The position numbers were made by a program, and so were the translations under genes. Shown here one piece after another: positions 9,761 through 19,112 of a stretch of 32,000 bases of DNA (within the stretch, counting starts at the first letter, position 1; every line of letters begins with the position of its first letter). The stretch lies in assembly GCF_000015025.1 (NCBI RefSeq), contig NC_008578.1:1050001-1082000 (forward strand), read 5' to 3'. The notes under the pieces were generated by a model. It saw nothing but the letters and a program-made list of their open reading frames with translations, did not search any database and was not told the origin of the DNA. Source of the stretch: Acidothermus cellulolyticus 11B. Its GTDB lineage: Bacteria > Actinomycetota > Actinomycetes > Acidothermales > Acidothermaceae.

Positions 9761-10563
9761 TGCGCCCTCTTCGCCCGTGCACCGATCCACATGGCGACAA
9801 CGGCGAGCACGCCCATTCCGATGAGCCAACCGACGAGGCCCTCGGTCACCGGTCCGAGCCGGCCGAGGTTGAACCCACCCGGATCCGGCACGCTGCGGAC
9901 CGTCGTGATGTACGCGATGATGTCCTGCTTTTCCTGCGGGGTCAGCTGCTGGTCAGAGAAGACCGGCATCGTTCCCGGTCCGGTGAGCATCGCCTCGTAC
10001 AGCTGCTTGTCCGTGGCGTGGGTCAGCGGCGGGGCTTTCTTGCCATAAGCCAGCGCCCCGCCTTCCCCCGTGAAGTTGTGGCACGCGGAACAATTCGTGC
10101 GGAACAAGGTGCCGCCAAACGCCAGGTCGGCGTTCTTCGGCGGGGTGTACTGCTCCTTACCCGGGATTGCCGGTCCGGGTCCGAGCGACGCGACGTACGC
10201 CGCAAGCGCATCGATCTGCTCCTGGGTGTACCGCGGCCGTTTCGCGGGCGCCTGTGCTCCGGCCTGGGCCAACGGCATACGGCCCGTGCTCACTTGAAAA
10301 TCGACGGCTGCGGCTCCGACGCCGATGAGGCTCGGCGCGGCGGCCGTGCCCTCACCCGCTTTCCCATGGCAGCTTGCGCATCCTTGCAGGAAAAGCGCGC
10401 GCCCCTGGGCAATCTGGGCACCTGGGTCGCCGCTGGCGGCCGACCCGGTGCGTGTCGTCGCCACGCTGTACGCCGTCCCGACCGTGAGCAGCGCCGCCAG
10501 CAAGACGAACACGCCCGCAAGCCGCCGATGCCGGACCCGCAAACGCTGCGGCCGAATTCTCAC
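9757..10563 (-). CDS. qcrC: Cytochrome bc1 complex, diheme cytochrome c subunit
   Basis: Two CxxCH heme motifs (CASCHG, CSACHN), an N-terminal signal/TM segment and a C-terminal TM anchor. GTG start. Confidence 0.94.
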   Translation of the reverse strand: MRIRPQRLRVRHRRLAGVFVLLAALLTVGTAYSVATTRTGSAASGDPGAQIAQGRALFLQGCASCHGKAGEGTAAAPSLIGVGAAAVDFQVSTGRMPLAQAGAQAPAKRPRYTQEQIDALAAYVASLGPGPAIPGKEQYTPPKNADLAFGGTLFRTNCSACHNFTGEGGALAYGKKAPPLTHATDKQLYEAMLTGPGTMPVFSDQQLTPQEKQDIIAYITTVRSVPDPGGFNLGRLGPVTEGLVGWLIGMGVLAVVAMWIGARAKRAQ

Positions 10564-10599
10564 GTCATCTCCTTCACCACGCGCACCAAGCCGGACGAG

Positions 10600-11271
10600 C
10601 TATTTGATGAGGAAGATTGTCGAGAAGAGCCCGATCCACACCACGTCGACGAAGTGCCAGTAGTAAGACACCACAACCGCACTGGTCACTTTCTCTGGGG
10701 TGAAGCGCCCCTTGGAGAGCCGCAGCATGAGCAGGACGAAGGCGATGAGCCCACCGGTGACGTGCATCGCGTGGAATCCGGTGGCGAGGTAGAAAATCGA
10801 ACCATAGGCGGATGACGAAATCGTCATCCCATTCAGGCCCTCGTGGTAGTCGGTCACATACCGGCTGTACTCGTAGCACTGCCCCGCGACGAACACCGCG
10901 CCCATCAGGAGGGTGAGCAGATACCACTCGCGGAGTCCCCACGACGAGACCCGGAAAATCGACCCGCTGCGGCGCAGACGCCGTTCCTCGGCGGCGAAGA
11001 CGCCCAGCTGGCAGGTCACGCTGGAGAGCACCAGGACGATCGTGATGATGCCGTCGAATCCGGTCTCGAGCTTGACCGGCGGCGTGCCTGGCCCGCGGAC
11101 CGGCATCGGCCAGACCGGCTGGACCGAGCGAATCGTGAAGTAGATGGCGAACAGCGCGGCGAAGAACATGAGCTCGGAGGAGAGCCACACGATGGTGCCG
11201 ACGCTGACCAGACTGGGACGGGTGAAAGACCCATGGGCGTGACTCTTGCCCACGGTCGTTGCGGTTGCCAC
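10600..11271 (-). CDS. ctaE: Cytochrome c oxidase subunit III
   Basis: [40 protein letters not shown] and [13 protein letters not shown] resemble CtaE. I chose the GTG at 11271, which gives 223 aa. The ORF is open to 11913 but that part is antisense to the next gene. Confidence 0.9.
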   Translation of the reverse strand: MATATTVGKSHAHGSFTRPSLVSVGTIVWLSSELMFFAALFAIYFTIRSVQPVWPMPVRGPGTPPVKLETGFDGIITIVLVLSSVTCQLGVFAAEERRLRRSGSIFRVSSWGLREWYLLTLLMGAVFVAGQCYEYSRYVTDYHEGLNGMTISSSAYGSIFYLATGFHAMHVTGGLIAFVLLMLRLSKGRFTPEKVTSAVVVSYYWHFVDVVWIGLFSTIFLIK

Positions 11272-11565
11272 GGCGCCATTATTCTCTGGCCGGTTGGCGC
11301 CGGTGCGCGGCCCCCCGGTTCGCGCGTGTCGCCCCTCGCGGCCCGCCGACAGGCCCGAGTCGAGTGCGTGCGGAGCAGGTCCGGTGCGACATGACCACCG
11401 CGATACGATCGGCCCCAGCACACGTCGTCGAACACACCCAATCGCCGCAACGAGTGGGGCAGGAATGGGAAGAGGCGGAGCATGACCGTAGCCGGGCCGA
11501 TGGCAGCCACCACCGAGGTCAATCCGCCCCGTCTGCCGTCGATGCCGAGTGAGGATGGAGCGCGA

Positions 11566-11973
11566 ATGCCGCATACGGCGCACCGTGTCGAGACCCGTAC
11601 GGTCGTGGTCTACAGCGACGACGCGACGGTGCGGGAACGGGTTCGGTTGGCCCTCGGACGGCGTCCGGCCCCGGACCTTCCCGAGCTGCGGTACATCGAG
11701 TGCGCCACCCAGTACGCCGTCCTCGAAGCGGCCGATCACGAGAACGTTGACCTGTTCATCCTCGACGGCGAGGCGGTGCCGGCCGGGGGAATGGGACTCT
11801 GCCGTCAGCTCAAGGACGAGATTTACCGGTGCCCTCCGGTCATCGTCCTGATCGCCCGCCGGGACGACGGGTGGCTTGCCACCTGGTCCCGTGCGGATGC
11901 CACCGTCTTGCATCCCGTCGACGGCGTGCGTTTGACGCCGGTCGTGGTGGATCTGCTGCGGCGGCGCAGCTGA
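11566..11973 (+). CDS. Single-domain CheY-like receiver protein (degenerate)
   Basis: Receiver-like layout: VVVYSDD (acidic pair), DLFILDG (phospho-acceptor Asp position), and [12 protein letters not shown]...TVLHPVD. ATG 11566 follows GAGGATGGAG. Alternative starts are 11482 and 11542. Confidence 0.7.
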   Translation: MPHTAHRVETRTVVVYSDDATVRERVRLALGRRPAPDLPELRYIECATQYAVLEAADHENVDLFILDGEAVPAGGMGLCRQLKDEIYRCPPVIVLIARRDDGWLATWSRADATVLHPVDGVRLTPVVVDLLRRRS

Positions 11974-11987
11974 ACCGGTCGGTGCCG

Positions 11988-13055
11988 ATGACTGCCGACA
12001 CGCCGAGCTGGCCGGAGGTGCTCTCCGCTCTGCTGGCGCGCCGTGATTTGACCGAAGCGGAAGCCGCCTGGGCGATGCACCAGATCATGAGCGGAGAGGC
12101 GACGGACGCCCAGATCGCCGCGTTCGCCGTGGCGTTGCGGGCCAAGGGGGAGAGTGCCGAGGAGGTATCGGGGCTGTCGTCTGTGATGCTTGCCCTCGCT
12201 GCGCCGGTGCCGCCGATCGGGGAGGCGCTGGACATCGTCGGATCGGGCGGCGACCGGGCCCACACGGTGAACATCTCCACCATGGCGGCGATCGTGGCCG
12301 CGGCCACCGGCGTTGTTGTTGCCAAACACGGCAACCGGGCGGCGTCCTCGGCCTGCGGTTCGGCCGACCTTCTCGAAGCGCTCGGCGTGGCGATCGATCT
12401 GGACGGCGCCGGGGTGGCGCGCTGCATTGAGCGAGCCGGTATTGGGTTCTGTTTCGCCCCGGTGTTTCACCCGTCGCTGCGGTACGCGGCCGTGGCCCGC
12501 CGCGAGATCGGGATTCCGACGGTCTTCAATTTCCTCGGGCCGCTCACGAATCCGGCGCGTCCGACGGCGAGCGCGGTCGGGGTGGCTGATCCGCGGATGG
12601 CCCCGGTGGTGGCCGGTGTGCTCGCACGCCGCGGCATGCGGGCGCTGGTGTTCCGCGGCGATGACGGGCTCGACGAATTGACCGTGACGACGACGTCCAC
12701 GGTCTGGGTGGTGCGCGACGGTTCCGTGCAGGAGGTCGCGTTCGACCCGCGGGCGGTGGGAATCGAGCCGGCCGACACCGCGGCGCTTCGTGGCGCAGAT
12801 GCCCGGCACAATGCGGCGGTCGCCCGCGCGGTGCTCTCCGGTGAGCGGGGGCCGATCAGGGACGCCGTCCTGCTGAACGCCGCGGCCGGGTTGACGGCGT
12901 TCGACACGCCGCGTCCGGATCAGCTGGTCGACCAGATCTCGGCGGCGATGACCCGATGCGCCGCCGCTATCGATACCGGTAAGGCGGCTCAGTTGCTCGA
13001 TGCCTGGGTGGAGGCAAGTCAGGCGGCGCGAGGCGTTGATGCGGATCGCTCGTAG
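11988..13055 (+). CDS. trpD: Anthranilate phosphoribosyltransferase
   Basis: [39 protein letters not shown] and the NPARP motif. ATG at 11988. The upstream part of the ORF (from 11829) is Arg-rich and overlaps the previous gene. Confidence 0.95.
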   Translation: MTADTPSWPEVLSALLARRDLTEAEAAWAMHQIMSGEATDAQIAAFAVALRAKGESAEEVSGLSSVMLALAAPVPPIGEALDIVGSGGDRAHTVNISTMAAIVAAATGVVVAKHGNRAASSACGSADLLEALGVAIDLDGAGVARCIERAGIGFCFAPVFHPSLRYAAVARREIGIPTVFNFLGPLTNPARPTASAVGVADPRMAPVVAGVLARRGMRALVFRGDDGLDELTVTTTSTVWVVRDGSVQEVAFDPRAVGIEPADTAALRGADARHNAAVARAVLSGERGPIRDAVLLNAAAGLTAFDTPRPDQLVDQISAAMTRCAAAIDTGKAAQLLDAWVEASQAARGVDADRS

Positions 13056-13082
13056 CTGGGCAGGGCGGCTACGTCTTTTCGG

Positions 13083-13370
13083 CTAGGTCTCCTCGTCAAG
13101 CCCGAGGGAGAACGCCGCCTCAAGGTCGTGCCGCGAATAGGTGCGGAACGCGACGAGGGTCTCCGTGGCGGTGACGCCGTCCACCTTGTTCAGCCGGGCG
13201 GGGATGACGCGAGCGAGTTCCTCGTGCTGCCGGACCCGGACGAGCGCGACGAGATCGAACTCGCCGGTCACCGAGTACACCTCGGTCACCCCCGGCAGGT
13301 CGGCGATCTGTTCGGCGACTTCGGGGACTCGGTCCACCCGCGTCTTGATCAAGACGATTGCTGTGATCAC
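13083..13370 (-). CDS. Stand-alone Lrp/AsnC ligand-binding (RAM) domain protein with no HTH
   Basis: 95 aa. MITAIVLIKTRVDRVPEVAEQIADLPGVTEVYSVTGEFDLVALVRV is a typical AsnC-type C-terminal domain. Confidence 0.8.
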   Translation of the reverse strand: MITAIVLIKTRVDRVPEVAEQIADLPGVTEVYSVTGEFDLVALVRVRQHEELARVIPARLNKVDGVTATETLVAFRTYSRHDLEAAFSLGLDEET

Positions 13371-13531
13371 GTAAGTACCTTATCCGCCGGTAACCGGGCA
13401 CCCTGCGGGCGATATCCGCCGGCAACTGAGGAATCTGCTGGTGATGCCGCGGGCGCGGGCGCAGCGGCGCGCGCGGGCACTCAGCCGAACCGGGACGTCA
13501 TGCCCGAACCGGGACGTGACGGAGCGCGACG

Positions 13532-15265
13532 CTAGGCGGCTATCCGGACGTGGTTCGACGCAAGGCCGCCGTTGATGGGGATCGCCCATGTTCCCTCGAC
13601 GTCGAGCAGGCGGACGCCGGGCTGGTCGAGCCAGCGCAGGAGCAGCTCCATCTCTTCCGCGTCGGCATAGGCCGTGATCCCGACACCCCGTGGCAGGGAG
13701 GTGCTCGCGGTCGCGACGATCGCGGTGAGCTGGCGGTCAACCTCCGGCTCGCCGGCTGGTATCAGACCGGCCCCGGCGAGGCGGCCGTGGCGAATGACGG
13801 CGACGTCCCATGCGCCGTCCGGACCAGGTCGGGCGGCGACGATCTGTCGGCAACCGGCGAGTGCGGCGAGCCGCTGTGCGCGCCCGACAGCATGCAGATA
13901 GGCGACGAGCCGATCGCGGATCGGGACAGCTTCTTCGTATCGTTGCGCCGCGGCCAGCGGGGTGATGCGGCGCAGCGCGGCGGCGACAACCTCTGAGGGG
14001 TCGCTCGTCATCGCCCGGTGGACCGCGGCGACCACCGACCGGTACGCGTCCGGCGATTGCGCACCGGTGCACGGCGCGCCGCACCGGCCGAGTTCGAACC
14101 ATGCACAGGGCGGTCGGCGGGTTCGGGGTCCGAGCCGGTCGGGGCATCGGCGGATGGGGAAGGCGTCCTGCAGCGCCTCCACCGCCAGGAGCGCGCTCTC
14201 CCGGACATTGAACGGTCCGAGGTAGGTGGCTGCGTCGTTGCGAACCGTATGGACGACGGCAAGCCGTGGGAAGCGTTCATCGGTGAGCTTCACCCACCAG
14301 GTCCGCTCCGGGAATTTCGATCGCCGGTTGTACGCAGGCTTGTGTTCGGCGATGAGCCGCACTTCGCGAATTTCTGCTTCGAGCTCGGTGGCGCAGACGA
14401 TGGGTGTGACGTCCTCGGCGACGCGGAGCATGTCGACGATCCGCCCGCGGGTCTCCGCTGCCGTGAAATAGCTGCGCACCCGCTGTCGAAGGTCCTTGGC
14501 TTTTCCGACATACAGCACCCGGCCCTGACGGTCCCGGAACAGGTAGACGCCGGGCGCGTGCGGCAGCCGCTCGGCGAGGTGGCGTTTCTGGCGTTGCGTC
14601 GCGGTGACCTTGGCGCTGAAGGTTCGCACGTCGGCCAGGGACCCGACGCCGAAGGAGCCCAATCGTTCGAGCAGGCCGTGCAGGACGTCGATGGTCGCGT
14701 ATACGTCGGCGAGCGCCCGGTGATTCGGCGTGGTTTTCGCCCTGAACACCCGCGCCAGCGTGGCGAGGGTGCAATTCGGCGCTTCCTCCCGGGTGAGGAC
14801 TCTGCGGGCCAGTCGTGCCGTGTCGAGGACCTCGAACTCCGGCCAGTCATAACCGGCGGCGGCACAGGCGGCGCGGAGGAAACCGACGTCAAACGGCGCG
14901 TTATGGGCAACCAGAACGCTGCCGGTCGCGAATTCCAGGAATGTCGGCAGGACGGCGTCAATCGGTGGTGCGGGGGCGACCATCGCGTCGGTGATGCCGG
15001 TGAGCACGGTGATGAACGGCGGAATCGGCCGGCCCGGGTTGACCAGCGTCTGTAACTCACCGAGCACCTCACCGCCGCGGACCTTCACGGCGGCGAGCTC
15101 CGTGATGGCTCCGGTTCCGGGCGCACCACCTGTCGTCTCCAGGTCGACGACGACGAACGTGACGTCCCGCAGCGGTGTGTCGAGATCGTCGATCGTGGTT
15201 TGCCGGAACCCCGGCCCAGGACCGCTCGTCACGGCGCGTGATCGCTGTCCGTCGCGCGTTCGCAC
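13532..15265 (-). CDS. Fusion protein: DnaQ-like DEDD 3'-5' exonuclease plus UvrC-like GIY-YIG nuclease domain (Rv2191-like)
   Basis: Exo motifs FVVVDLETTG, AHNAPFDVGFL and HRALADV, followed by GIY-YIG (GVYLFRDRQGRVLYVGKAKDLRQRVRSY). GTG start at 15265. Confidence 0.9.
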   Translation of the reverse strand: MRTRDGQRSRAVTSGPGPGFRQTTIDDLDTPLRDVTFVVVDLETTGGAPGTGAITELAAVKVRGGEVLGELQTLVNPGRPIPPFITVLTGITDAMVAPAPPIDAVLPTFLEFATGSVLVAHNAPFDVGFLRAACAAAGYDWPEFEVLDTARLARRVLTREEAPNCTLATLARVFRAKTTPNHRALADVYATIDVLHGLLERLGSFGVGSLADVRTFSAKVTATQRQKRHLAERLPHAPGVYLFRDRQGRVLYVGKAKDLRQRVRSYFTAAETRGRIVDMLRVAEDVTPIVCATELEAEIREVRLIAEHKPAYNRRSKFPERTWWVKLTDERFPRLAVVHTVRNDAATYLGPFNVRESALLAVEALQDAFPIRRCPDRLGPRTRRPPCAWFELGRCGAPCTGAQSPDAYRSVVAAVHRAMTSDPSEVVAAALRRITPLAAAQRYEEAVPIRDRLVAYLHAVGRAQRLAALAGCRQIVAARPGPDGAWDVAVIRHGRLAGAGLIPAGEPEVDRQLTAIVATASTSLPRGVGITAYADAEEMELLLRWLDQPGVRLLDVEGTWAIPINGGLASNHVRIAA

Positions 15266-15521
15266 AGCACCGGACGGTAGTCCAGGCCGGGGACAGTTTC
15301 GCGGAACGACGCCGCAACGCCCGGGGCGCGGGCGGCGGCCGCTACGTCCGGGAGTGGCACCGCGCGAGCAACGTCCGGGGCGCGGGCGGCTGTGTCACGG
15401 GCCGGTTCGGGGCGGCCTGAATCGGCGGCTGCGGCAGACCTCGGGAAATGTCGGCAGTCGTCCGTACGGTGTGCCCGTACGTCGGTTACCGCCGAAGGTG
15501 GTCGCATGCCGAGGAGGTCCC

Positions 15522-15707
15522 ATGCTCGTCGATTGCGCGCGGTGCGTCGTCCGCGGTGACGCGTGCTCCGACTGTGTGATCTCAGTCATCTTGGACGGGG
15601 CACCGAGAACGGAGGTTGAGCTTGACCCCACCGAACGGCGCGCCCTTTCCGTTCTCGCCGATTACGGTCTTGTTCCACCGCTCCGACACGACCGGCTTGC
15701 CGGGTGA
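15522..15707 (+). CDS. Small Cys-rich hypothetical protein (CxxC-x7-CxxC)
   Basis: 61 aa. The ATG is preceded by GAGGAGG at 15511-15517. It begins MLVDCARCVVRGDACSDCV. Third-position GC is moderately high. I recognised no family. Confidence 0.55.
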   Translation: MLVDCARCVVRGDACSDCVISVILDGAPRTEVELDPTERRALSVLADYGLVPPLRHDRLAG

Positions 15708-15740
15708 CGGGCCGCGGCGGTTACGACATGCGCTCGCGAC

Positions 15741-15780
15741 ATGCATGGCGGCCGCTGAAGATGCATGGTGGCCGCTGAAG
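15741..15780. repeat. Tandem 20-bp duplication (ATGCATGGYGGCCGCTGAAG x2)
   Basis: 15741-15760 and 15761-15780 match at 19 of 20 positions. A smaller CGACATGC repeat lies just upstream (15724 and 15737). Confidence 0.9.
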
Positions 15781-15786
15781 CCGTCA

Positions 15787-15825
15787 CCGCCGCTGCGGGA
15801 GGGATTCACCCTCCCGCAGCGGCGG
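15787..15825. terminator. Perfect 17-bp GC-rich hairpin between convergent genes (candidate bidirectional intrinsic terminator)
   Basis: CCGCCGCTGCGGGAGGG, loop ATTCA, CCCTCCCGCAGCGGCGG. All 17 pairs are Watson-Crick. There is no U tract, which is common in actinobacteria. Confidence 0.65.
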
Positions 15826-15839
15826 ACGTGCCCGCAGGG

Positions 15840-18632
15840 TTATCCGACGGCGCACGAACTGCCATTGAGGCTGAACGCGGTCGGCACCGGATCGCTGCCG
15901 GAGTACGCGAGGTTAAAGCCGAAACTGACCGAACCGCTCGGGCCAATGGTGCCGTTCCACGCACTGGCGGGATTGCTTGCCGTGACGGTCGTTCCGCTCT
16001 GATTGACCGTTGCGTTCCACGCCCCGTTGACGCGTTGCGACGAATTCGGGAACGACCAGACGAGGCTCCAGCCAGAAATCGCGGAGGTGCCGCCGTTCGT
16101 AATCGTGACGTTGATGGTGGCGCCGTTCTGCCACTCACTTTGTTTCACGTAGCGTACGGTGCACCGCAACGCGCCGCTTGACGGTGTCGGGGTTGGTGTC
16201 GCGGTACGCGTTGGGGTAGGCGTTGGCGTCGGGCTCGAGCTCGGTGATGGCGTCGGCGTCCGAGTCGGCGTCGGACTCGGCGTCGGAGTCGGGCTCGGCG
16301 TTGGTGTCGGGCTCGGTGATGGTGTCGGCGTCGGCGTCGGCGTACTGGACGGCGCGGGGCTCGGCGACGAGCCGGAGCCGCACGCCTCGTCGGCGTCCAG
16401 CGGCGGTTCCTGTCCGAAGACCCGGGTCCCGTTCTGGTACACCGGGATGTACGGATCCGGAGTCGCGGCGTACGTTCCCGCCGCAAGACCGGTCAGGCTG
16501 TAGGACGTCGACGAATCCCAGTAGTAGGTCCAATTCGGGCCGATCGCTGCGTTGATGCCGAATTGGAATGCCCGCGAGGGCGGCAAACCGATGGGATGTC
16601 CCGACCAGTCGATTGTCACGTAGTAGACGCAACTGGACGCGTCGCCCCACCGGACTGGTGCACTGACTTTCGCCGGTGTTCCGTCGATTTGCGCGGCCGC
16701 GTCGTAGTACACCGGTGTCGATATGTCAGCAATCGTTTGACCGTGCTGCCAGAGGGATCGGATGTCGAAGTACACCCGTGCGCTCAGGCCGCTCTCGAAG
16801 TGCGGTGGGTGGGTCGCGGTATTCGTGATAGTCACCGTCAATTGGGTTCCCTGGTTGGAATTCTGATTGAGCGTCGCGGTGGCGTAGTACGGATTCTCCG
16901 CTGGCTCGGGAACCGGGGTGAAGGCGGTCATTTGCTGGTTCTGGCCGTAGTACGTGTACAGTCCGGCCAATGCGCCGACGAATGCCGCGTTGTAGTCCAC
17001 GGCCACCTCGTTGAGGACGTAATCGGTCGTCACGTCGTCGGGATGATCCTGGGCATCTGGGCCGCCGACGAGCGCCCCCCAGAGAATGTGCCGGTCGTTG
17101 GGCGGGTCGTTCTGACTGTTGGTGAGCGAGCCGTGCGCGTCGGCGTGGTGCGGGTGCGACGCGGCGGTCGCGGATCCGCCGACGAGCGAGCCGACGCCCG
17201 GGGTCGTCGAACCGAAACCAACGATGTACGAGAACTTCGCCGGATTGTCACCCATGAGGTAGTTCATTTGCCCCATGGCCCAGTCGCTGAATGCGGTCGA
17301 CTGGGGGTCGTTCGGAAAATTCTGCCGGTACGCCAGGGCTTCCAGTTGCGCGGCCGTGTTGTACCGAGCGGATCCCCAGGTGGTGAGGAAAGCGAATCCG
17401 GCGGGAGTCGTGGCGATGAAGTTCGTGTCGGAGGCATTGTCGTGCGGGACATGCGACCAGTACTGCACCTGCCACTTGTTGAAGTAGTGGATCTGGTCGC
17501 GCACGGCTTGCGGGATCGTCGTGTCGCCGTTCACGATCGGATCGAGGACGCTGAACACCCCACCCCATTTGGTGTCCCACGACATCACCCAGATGTTCTG
17601 CCATGTGTTAGTGGTATCGGCGACGATGCGCTTCATCCATCCGGTGTAGTGCCCGGCGGCGTCCGTGCCGAGAATGTCGGTGAGATAGGAACGCTGGCCG
17701 GTCGCCAGATACAGCCAGACCGCCGCCCACGCCAGTTCGTCTTCGTCGTAGCTGGAGTTGTAGAACCCGCCGGAGTAGCCGAGACCGCGGTACTGAACGG
17801 CGAACGCGTACAGCGCCTGTGCGGTGTCGAGCAGTTTGGCCGAATAGGCGGGGTCGCTGGATGCGACGAGCAGCGAGTGGACGGCGAGGGCTGCCGCGGC
17901 GCCGGCTGCTTGGTCACTCGCCGGTGTTTCCGCTGTGGCAAAGTACGCCGGCCGGGGATACAGCGTGGCGCTCTGCAGCTCTGAGGGACCCCAGTAATTG
18001 TGGTCGACGGAACCCTCGCCGACCTGGTACGCGAACGCGACAACCTTGCCGGAGGAATCGCGGAACGTCGACCGCAGGAAGTAGTCGCTGAACCACTTCA
18101 ATTCGTCCAGCCCGTGCGCCCAGGTGCCAGTGGCACGGAATGCCTGCGGAAATTCGTACATTCCCCAACCGAGGGTGGAGGCGGCGTACGACTGCGGAAG
18201 ACCGAATTTCACGTGGTCGCCGGCGTCGTGGAATCCGCCGGAGAGGTCGACACAGCCGTTGCCGTCAGGGTCGAGAATCGCGCGGTTTGCTGCGATGAAG
18301 GTGGCCGACAGGTTTGTGCCGACGTTCTTCGACATGGGCTGCAACGGGACGCACGAATCCGACGGCTCGGAGTCGCCGCGCCATTCCAGCGGCTGGTCAC
18401 CGAGGCTGCGGGCCGGACCTGATTTTTGCGCGTCGTAAAAATACAGCGATTCCTGTAAGGCAAGCGGGAGGGAGTAATGGGCCGTGACCCCGGCGCTCGC
18501 CGCCGAGCCGAGACCACTTACCACGAGAGCGGCGGACCCGACCGCCGCGGCGCTCGCTGCCGCGCTGAATCTCAGCAATCGCCGGCGCAGCACCTGCTGC
18601 CGCCAGACCCGGCGCACCCTGGGCTTGACCAT
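15840..18632 (-). CDS. Secreted GH9 endoglucanase: GH9 catalytic domain, CBM3c, Pro/Thr linker, CBM2
   Basis: GH9 signatures [19 protein letters not shown] and [19 protein letters not shown]3c-like module follows ([23 protein letters not shown]...), then a 64-aa PT/PS linker and a C-terminal CBM2 ([23 protein letters not shown]...[10 protein letters not shown]). The N-terminus [17 protein letters not shown] looks like a twin-arginine-type signal. Start is ATG 18632 or GTG 18653. Confidence 0.93.
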   Translation of the reverse strand: MVKPRVRRVWRQQVLRRRLLRFSAAASAAAVGSAALVVSGLGSAASAGVTAHYSLPLALQESLYFYDAQKSGPARSLGDQPLEWRGDSEPSDSCVPLQPMSKNVGTNLSATFIAANRAILDPDGNGCVDLSGGFHDAGDHVKFGLPQSYAASTLGWGMYEFPQAFRATGTWAHGLDELKWFSDYFLRSTFRDSSGKVVAFAYQVGEGSVDHNYWGPSELQSATLYPRPAYFATAETPASDQAAGAAAALAVHSLLVASSDPAYSAKLLDTAQALYAFAVQYRGLGYSGGFYNSSYDEDELAWAAVWLYLATGQRSYLTDILGTDAAGHYTGWMKRIVADTTNTWQNIWVMSWDTKWGGVFSVLDPIVNGDTTIPQAVRDQIHYFNKWQVQYWSHVPHDNASDTNFIATTPAGFAFLTTWGSARYNTAAQLEALAYRQNFPNDPQSTAFSDWAMGQMNYLMGDNPAKFSYIVGFGSTTPGVGSLVGGSATAASHPHHADAHGSLTNSQNDPPNDRHILWGALVGGPDAQDHPDDVTTDYVLNEVAVDYNAAFVGALAGLYTYYGQNQQMTAFTPVPEPAENPYYATATLNQNSNQGTQLTVTITNTATHPPHFESGLSARVYFDIRSLWQHGQTIADISTPVYYDAAAQIDGTPAKVSAPVRWGDASSCVYYVTIDWSGHPIGLPPSRAFQFGINAAIGPNWTYYWDSSTSYSLTGLAAGTYAATPDPYIPVYQNGTRVFGQEPPLDADEACGSGSSPSPAPSSTPTPTPTPSPSPTPTPSPTPTPSPTPTRTPTPSPSSSPTPTPTPTRTATPTPTPSSGALRCTVRYVKQSEWQNGATINVTITNGGTSAISGWSLVWSFPNSSQRVNGAWNATVNQSGTTVTASNPASAWNGTIGPSGSVSFGFNLAYSGSDPVPTAFSLNGSSCAVG
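16176..16367 (-). repeat. Low-complexity (ACN-CCN)n region encoding the Pro/Thr/Ser interdomain linker
   Basis: The translation is [64 protein letters not shown]. Confidence 0.9.
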
Positions 18633-18680
18633 GCCAGACCGTCCGTTCTCCACGCGTGTATGAAATGAGCCGAGGTGTTT

Positions 18681-18698
18681 CGGTAACGGCAGTTACCG
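18681..18698. promoter_or_regulatory. Inverted repeat CGGTAAC-GGCA-GTTACCG just upstream of the GH9 start
   Basis: Perfect 7-bp arms with a 4-nt spacer, lying 28-66 nt upstream of the two candidate GH9 start codons. It could be an operator or a 5'-UTR hairpin. Confidence 0.35.
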
Positions 18699-18940
18699 GG
18701 CGACCCTGCGAAGAAACCACGGTCCGGAATGGCCGTCGCAACAGTCACGGAAAAAATTCCGCGAGAAGGACAGTAGCGTGCCCGGCCAGAAAGTCAAGAC
18801 CCTGCACGGGCTTTCGGCAAAGTTTCGAAAGGACTGGGGGAGCCGGCTCCGCTGCCAACCAGGTGGGTCCGGCCGTGATGAAGGGGCCACCGTCCCGGGT
18901 TCGCCGCCAGCCAGGCCGGGCCGGCCGAACCGCGGCGCGC

Positions 18941-19040
18941 CGTACGTGCGACACCGGCGGGTACCGTACCTGCACATTGGCGGCGCGCCGTACCTGCACC
19001 CCGAGGGGCCGACAACGACGCGCTGCCGACGTACCCGCAC
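18941..19040. repeat. Four direct copies of a CGTACNYGCRM core (two exact CCGTACCTGCAC) with 24-24-41 bp spacing
   Basis: Cores start at 18941, 18965, 18989 and 19030. The longer matches 18934-18952 and 18982-19000 agree at 16 of 19 positions. Confidence 0.75.
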
Positions 19041-19112
19041 ACCGGCGTGATGACGTGCCGGCACCCTCCGCAGGGTGACGGACGTCACCGTAAGGGCAAC
19101 GTTGCGAAATGG

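Noticed and set aside
18832-18852. A canonical CebR/CelR operator (TGGGAGCGCTCCCA) upstream of the cellulase.
   Set aside because: The exact 14-bp box is absent. The GGAGCCGGCTCC palindrome shares the half-sites but has two additional central bases, and LacI-family operators usually do not tolerate that. I keep it only as a loose candidate within the intergenic finding.
18934-19047. A possible CRISPR-like or minisatellite array.
   Set aside because: There are only four short, imperfect cores of 11-19 nt at 24-41 bp spacing. There are no uniform spacers and no cas genes. They are better described as candidate regulator-binding repeats.
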